Below are positions 51,670-58,757 of a DNA stretch of 58,757 nucleotides, in pieces. Made by a program: the position numbers and the translations under genes. The stretch comes from Macrostomum lignano (taxonomy: Eukaryota). A model generated the notes under the pieces. That model did not search any database. It saw nothing but the letters and a program-made list of their open reading frames with translations, and was not told the origin of the DNA. Location of the stretch: positions 1 to 58,757 of the forward strand of contig NIVC01004129.1 of NCBI GenBank assembly GCA_002269645.1, given 5' to 3'. Each line of letters begins with the position of its first letter. Within the stretch, counting starts at the first letter, position 1.

Positions 51670-53350
51670 GGGTTGCCTCATTGGTTGTGGTTGCCTGACT
51701 GGTTCTGGTTGCCTCACTGGTTCTAGTTACCCCACGAGGTTGCCTGACTGGTTCTGGTTGCCTCACTGGTTCTGGTTGTCTCATTAGGTTGCCTGACTGG
51801 TTCTGGTTGCCTCACTGGTTCTAGTTACCCCACGAGGTTGCCTGACTGGTTCTGGTTGCCTCACTGGTTCTGGTTACCCCACGAGGTTGCCTGACTGGTT
51901 CTGGTTGCCTCACTAGGTTTCCTAACTGGTTCTGGTTGCCTCACTAGGTTGCCTTACTGGCTCTGGTTGCCTCACTGGTTCTGATTGCCTCACTAGGTTG
52001 CCTCACTAGGTTTCCTAACTGGTTCTGGTTGTCTCACTGGTTCTGGTTGCCTCACTAGGTTGCCTTACAGGCTCTGGTTGCCTCACTAGGTTGCCTCACT
52101 GGTTCTGGTTGCCTCACTAGGTTTCCTCACTGGTTCTGGTTGCCTGACTAGGTTGCCTTACTGGCTCTGGTTGCCTCACTGGTTCTGGTTGCCTGACTAG
52201 GTTGCCTTACTGGCTCTGGTTGCCTCACTGGTTCTGGTTGCCTCACTAGGTTGCCTTACTGGCTCTGGTTGCCTCACTAGGTTGCCTCACTGGTTCTGGT
52301 TGCCTGACTAGGTTGCCTTACTGGCTCTGGTTGCCTCACTAGGTTGCCTTACTGGCTCTGGTTGCCTCACTGGTTCTGGTTGCCTGACTAGGTTGCCTTA
52401 CTGGCTCTGGTTGCCTCACTAGGTTGCCTTACTGGCTCTGGTTGCCTCACTAGGTTGCCTTACTGGCTCTGGTTGCCTCACTAGGTTGCCTTACTGGCTC
52501 TGGTTGTTTCACTAGGTTGCCTCACTGGTTCTGGTTGCCTCACTAGGTTTCCTCACTGGTTCTGGTTGCCTCACTGGTTCTGGTTGCCTCACTGGTTCTG
52601 GTTGCCTCACTGGTTCTGGTTGCCTCACTAGTTCTGGTTGCCTCACTGGTTCTGGTTGCCTCACTGGTTCTGGTTGCCTCACTGGTTCTGGTTGCCTCAC
52701 TGGTTCTGGTTGCCTCACTGGTTCTGGTTGCCTCACTAGGTTGCCTTACTGGCTCTGGTTGCCTCACTGGGTTGCCTTACTGGCTCTGGTTGCCTCACTA
52801 GGTTGCCTCACTGGTTCTGGTTGCCTCACTAGGTTGCCTCACTGGTTCTGGTTGCCTCACTAGGTTGCCTCACTGGTTCTGGTTGCCTCACTGGTTCTGG
52901 TTACCTCACTAGGTTGCCTCACTGGTTCTGGTTGCCTCATTAGGTTGCCTCACTGGTTCTGGTTGCCTCACTGGTTCTGGTTACCTCACTAGGTTGCCTC
53001 ACTGGTTCTGGTTGCCTCATTAGGTTGCCTCACTGGTTCTGGTTGCCTCACTGGTTCTGGTTACCTCACTAGGTTGCCTCACTGGTTCTGGTTGCCTCAC
53101 TAGGTTGCCTCACTGGTTCTGGTTGCCTCACTGGTTCTGGTTGCCTCACTAGGTTGCCTCACTGGTTCTGGTTGCCTCACTGGTTCTGGTTACCTCACTA
53201 GGTTGCCTCACTGGTTCTGGTTGCCTCACTGGTTCTGGTTACCTCACTAGGTTGCCTCACTGGTTCTGGTTGCCTCATTAGGTTGCCTCACTGGTTCTGG
53301 TTTCCTCACTAGGTTGTCTTACGTGGGTTGCCTCATGTGGGTTGCCTCAC
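51670..53350 (+). repeat. Compound 18/13-bp minisatellite (ggttgcctcactggttct / ggttgcctcacta)n
   Basis: About 1.7 kb of interleaved units, directly upstream of the 928-aa ORF. Confidence 0.96.
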
Positions 53351-54214
53351 TGATCGGCCGCAAAGCTAAACATCTATACAGCTGGTTAACAAAACAGTAA
53401 GAAGCAAATTACAAAGAGCAACATTTTATAAGCCGTTTTTTTTCAGGTACCGTTGCAGTATAAAAAATAATAAAATAGAAACGATCAATGACCATTATTG
53501 CAGCGGAGAATAGATTTTTATTAGCAAAATATATGATAGATAAAAGAAGTACAGCGGAACGTTAACAAAAATACATGGAGAAGCTTTAGCGCATATTAAT
53601 AATTGCTTGATAGAAAACTCATGCGGTTCGATAGTAAAAAAACAGCTGAGAACAATTAATACAGTGCAGCATAATACAGGAATATAGTTAAATAAAATAG
53701 GTAAAATAAACGCAGCATACTACTTTCAGTCGCCGACTTGAATTAATACGAATCAAATGAAATGTTATATATATAAAGCATAAGCATGTATTTAAAAAAG
53801 AGGCTTGTCAATTTTAAAAAACGGATCGATTGTGTATAAATAGAATCAGATAAACACTTACTGATAAGCGCAACCATTTACAGTGCAAAGCGTATAATTA
53901 CCGGTAATTGGCTAATATACACTTCAATTTTTGGGATATTGTGAACAATCGAACACAGAATTGAACGCTTATTTCGCGAATAGAATATGTTTTATTACAA
54001 TTAATAAAGTAAAATAAAACTGTTACAATGTGCGTAAAGATGCACGTAAAAATGCCCCTATAAAAATGCTCAACTTGTTTGCGTTATAAAAATATAGCAA
54101 TTATTATAAGAATAATTAGCAGTACGTAAGGGATAGACTATTTCCCTAACGCATACTTTTCTAACCTGTTATTAATTTAATCTGCCTAAATCTGAAAGTT
54201 TAATAACCACAAAT

Positions 54215-54730
54215 CCTGCAAAATCCCATTTTCAACAATCCATAAATCCCATTTTCAATAATCCATAAATGCCATTTTCAATAATCCATAAATCTCCTTA
54301 TCAACAATCCATAAATCCCATTTTCAGTAATCCATAAATCCCATTTTAAACAATCCATAAATCCCATTTTCAATAATCCATAAATCCCATTTTCAACAAT
54401 CCATAGATCCCATTTTAAACAATCAATAAATCCCATTTTAAACAATCAATAAATCCCATTTTAAACAATCAATAAATCCCATTTTAAACAATCAATAAAT
54501 CCCCTTATCAACAATCCATAAATCCCATTTTCAGTAATCCATAAATCCCATTTTCAACAATCAATAAATCCCACTTTCAGTAATTCATAAATCCCATTTT
54601 AAACAATCCATAGATCCCACTTTCAGTAATCCATAAATCCCATTTTAAACAATCCATAGATCCCATTTTCAACAATCAATAAATCCCATTTTCAACAATC
54701 CATAGATCCCATTTTCAAATAACCCATTAA
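54215..54730 (+). repeat. 23-bp minisatellite (aaatcccattttcaacaatccat)n
   Basis: About 22 variant copies. Confidence 0.95.
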
Positions 54731-54776
54731 TCCCAAGTCATTGCTGCACACAAGCCAACCAGTCTGAATTCATAAA

Positions 54777-56682
54777 TCAAATCTCAGAGCAGCGCTTGCC
54801 AGTGAGCGGGTAGGGCTCCATAACCAAGCCAGGCAGACGCGCATAGGACAAAGGCTGACAGGCCACTTCAGACGCTCGCGACAATCCAGCCGAAGAGGCA
54901 CCAGCAGCCGCGGACGCCGCTGTGGCCGACTTTGTCGCATTCGCGGTAGCTGTCGCAGATTTAGTAGTCGGAGCCATCGAGTAGGCGCCCCGGCTGCCGA
55001 TAACGCTGAAACCAAGCTTGGACAGCAGGCCCGTCAGCTTGCGGAACCGCCGACGTTTGATCTCGACGTGCTTGTCGGAGGCGGCGGCGGCGGCGCGGCG
55101 GCGCATCAGCTTGCTAGTCTTACATCGGGTCCGAGTTGATCGGTGAAACACGTCGGACAGTCGGTGCGGCGGCGTCAGCAGCACCGCCGGTTGAAGCTCC
55201 AAAGTCAACGATGGCGGCCGAGGAGCCGGCGTCTGCAGTCGACGAACAGGTGTAGATGTTGAAGCGTCAGACGGAGACGGTTGAGGCGTCTGGCTGAGGC
55301 GGTGCTGCTCATTATTCTGCTCCTCGTTGCACTGCTCAGCAGCAGCAGTAGCAGCGGAGCGAAGATCAAAGCGGATTTGCCGCCTCGGCTGCTGCTGAGC
55401 CACTGAGCCGGTCGATACGTCCGCGGCGGCCGCAACATTGGTGGTCGAAATGAACGAAGCCGACATGGTTGGCCCAGCCCGCCACCGCCAACAAAGGAGG
55501 CTCCGCCAAATAATTTCAAACGTTTCCGACGCCCCCGAACATCGTCGGATCTTCTAGTTCGCGGCGCTTTGCTTTGCGCTTAGAGGCGGTCTCGTCGCTC
55601 ACTGGCGCGGGAGCCGCGGCAGGCCGTCTGCAGGGCAGTTTATCGCGCAGCCGGGCCAGGATTCGATCCAGTTCCACTTCGATGACGGACTCCAGCAGTC
55701 GGTGAGTAACTGGAGGATGCAGCGGCGACGACGTCAGGGTCAGCACGTCGACTGAAAGGTCGCTCCAGCGACGCCAGGCGCGCGAACTGTGTCGGCGCTT
55801 GTAGAGACGGATTGGCGACGTTGTCGTCACAACAGAACTGTAGCTGGGGCACCAGGGCTACCTGCAGTTGAATTAAAACTATTAATTGTCCATGTTCTGT
55901 ATTGACTATGCTCAAGCGATTCCTACTGATTTCCGAAGGCAATTGAGTAGATATAAACGGTTCTTAAACAGTTGACAGGAAGAATCTCTTTGAGAAGGTT
56001 GAGATTATCCTCATTCCCTAAGAATCTCCCTCTTATCCCCCTAAGAATCTCCCTCTTGTCCTCCTAAGAATCTCCCTCTTGTCCTCCTAAGAATCTCCCT
56101 CTTGTCCCCCTAAGAATCTCCCTCTTGTCCCCCTAAGAATCTCCCTCCTATCCCCCTATGAATCTCCATCTCATCTACTAACAATCTCCCTCTCATCTAC
56201 TAACAATCTCCCTCTCATCTACTAACAATCTCCCTCTCATCTACTAACAATCTCCCTCTCATCTACTAACAATCTCCATCTCATCAACTAACAATCTGCA
56301 TCTCATCCACTAAAAATCCACTAGAATCAATAACAACAGAAATCCCAGACGATACCAGTGAGACCCTCAGTAGATAGCAACATAACTTATTAAAATATCC
56401 CAGGCATTTCCATCCCGTTGAACAAACCTCGACAAAGCAGTGCACCAGAACGGACACAACCAGGCGCCTGCAGTGCGCCGGAGTTGGCGCAGAGGCGCGC
56501 AGTTTCTTCAAACTGAGACTGACGGCGTCGCACAGGGCGGCTCGAGTTTCGGGTCGGACGGCGAGCGTGTGTAGACTGGGACCAGCCCACTGCCAGAGGG
56601 GCAGCAGGTCACGAAGCAGCTCCCGAGACTGGCAGCGGAGCTGGCTGCAGCTGTCATCATGACTCGAAGCCAGCGTATTCAT
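54777..56682 (-). CDS. Uncharacterised gene, structure only partly resolved
   Basis: GC-rich coding-like segments 56682-56428 (donor GTTTGT, phase 0), 55857-55516 and 55466-54777, with NLS-like KRKAKRR and KRRRFRK. The last two segments are not in frame and no clean intron joins them. Confidence 0.45.
56020..56300 (+). repeat. 22-23-bp minisatellite (ctaagaatctccctcttgtcctc / ctaacaatctccctctcatcta)n
   Basis: About 12 copies in the putative intron 55858-56427. Confidence 0.92.
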
Positions 56683-58757
56683 TTCGCTACCAGCAGGCGA
56701 TTATCCAAAATATTTTTACTTACTTTTCTTTGCAATTGACGACTCTTTTAGCTTATTCTTTAAAAGTACATTCTTAGACTTTCAATGCTGCCTTTCTGTC
56801 GATCCGGTCTCGGGAGGCTGAAGGTGGATTTTTTTTACTTTTAGCTAATATCTAGTTGACATCTAGCTGATATCTAATTTTCTAATTTACATCCAACGGA
56901 CGAGCGTATCTAGCTGGTATCTAGACTACATCTACCTGATATTTAGTTTGCATCCAATATCCAGTCCACATCTAGCTGATAACTAGTCTACATCTAGCTG
57001 ATATTTAGGGTATCCTGAAGACCATAATGAGATGACCTAAATGGCGCTACATGAAAATAACGAATACAAAGAAAGAACAAAGCAAATAATTCCAGAATAC
57101 AAAATTCAAAGTATAATTATTACATGCTCAAAGCATGGACAACCAAATAGAGAACGCCGAACTTGAAAAAAAGTTCGCTAAAAGCCGGTTTCTGCTGCAC
57201 TCGCGAGTTTCCCAAGCTATTTTTCATGAAATGCTACCGGATACCGACAAGCCAGCGAGGTTCCAACAAAACTTCAGATGTTTCTATTGCACTTTTAAGT
57301 AATTTTCTAGTACGTTTTTTTGTAATTCCAGAAGGTGAGATACGTTCGTATTGTCAATTTATCGTATTGTCAAAAACCGGTCTCAAGCGAAATTTTCAGG
57401 ATTTGCGAGTTCAGCGTCATTCTGCTTTGGCAGCCATGGCTCACAATCTGACAGAGACTAAATATCATACTCAAAACACTTAGCCACACAAAACCTTGAC
57501 AAGTAAAAAGCAAAGTCAAAAAATTTTTTAGCACCAAATTGCACAAGAATTCATAAAAAATAAGTCATAAAGATGGGAAGAAAAATATCCGGAGCGAAAT
57601 TCTTTGTTGAAACATGAAAATGCTTTAGCATAGCATATGCATGGTGTCGTAATAATAACAGATAAATTTGGAAGAGGAGAAAACCAGGCAGATTTAAGCC
57701 AGAAACCACACGAGTTTTTAAAGAGATTTGCTAGCAAAGCGAACTTATATAATAAATTAGTAAAAAATATCAAACGTTTGTGAAATATAATACTCCTATA
57801 TTATAACATTTCAATTTTTCGTCTTTCTTTTTTTCTTCTAGACACTCATATGATTCTAGCTACTGTTATTATTTAAGCGCGAGTTTACTAAAACAGTTTT
57901 GATTTTTTAAAGCACTGATTTAATTACCTGTAGAACCTTATTAATGATTTATCTCCCTAATCAAAATGGTCCTTTTTGGGTTGGTAAAAATTCTCAATGG
58001 ATTTACAAACATCGTAGTCTGTATCGAAAGCCAACAGGTCATTAACCTCTCTAGAAGAGATTGAATTCCGAGGCGCACGCTTACGCTGCAACAGTGCTCG
58101 GCGGGCTCCTGTCCCAAATTCACAAAGTTTCTTGGATAGTTTCCAGTTAAGTTTCTTGCAATAATCTTAAGGTAGTTTAAAAGGTATTTTTTAAGTTTTC
58201 CGACATGGAAGGAAAAGATAAATAATCTAAGTCATTGTCGGCCGATTCTCCGTTCAGGAATGATATCTTGTACGCTTTTTGCGCGCATGAATGGATGTCT
58301 ATGGCAAAATCTCACTGAAAAAGCATTAGGCGCAGAAATGCATTCCTGCACGATGACTCATCCGACGTTGGGATTCCTTTACGTTCACTCTTGACCGTGC
58401 AGGAATCATTCAATGAGAGCTCATGGTTCATGGTGTCTGTAATATGTATTAGTAGTCCTTAACTATGGATGTACTGATGATGACCATGACCAAATCCTGT
58501 CCGGACTTGTTCCGAGATCCCGACTCCAAAAGTTTGTCCCATTCAATCACTAGTGCGTGCTCTGCCAAAGAGCGAAAATATTTCCAAGACAATTTATTCT
58601 CGTAATTTCGTAAATTCACTTTGTATTAAGAGCTAAGATGGATCTTATACTGTATAAGCTTCTAGTAGCCATTGTATTGACGGAATTTCCTAGATCAGTC
58701 AAGACAGGTCTCAATTCAAACCTTTATAACAAGCAACTGAGGTAGAAATTATTGTTT

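Overview
Eukaryotic, intron-containing genomic DNA: GC/Ala-rich exons, AT-rich spacers, and roughly 30% tandem repeats by hand estimate. The style suggests a free-living flatworm such as Macrostomum lignano; this is an inference, not proven. Hand-spliced gene models give two plus-strand TNF-superfamily ligand genes, an orphan gene with a possible Ras-binding/ubiquitin-like domain, two tandem single-Ig transmembrane paralogs, a wolframin (WFS1) ortholog, a candidate RFamide neuropeptide precursor, a CCDC97 ortholog, a 5-exon TASOR-like gene (DUF3715 pseudo-PARP plus SPOC-like domain) and two further orphan nuclear-type genes. Every gene model from 19 kb onward is on the minus strand. Mobile DNA comprises a defective full-length Gypsy LTR retrotransposon inside a minisatellite, two hAT/Charlie-type non-autonomous elements (one carrying a 1-kb minisatellite, one inserted into a minisatellite) and a tRNA-derived CORE-like SINE. 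The top candidate for an undescribed system is the invertebrate TASOR/HUSH-like transposon-silencing scaffold, which lies in a co-oriented, possibly trans-spliced gene cluster. All homologies were recognised by eye from remembered family motifs; no searches were run. Repeat-array boundaries are approximate.
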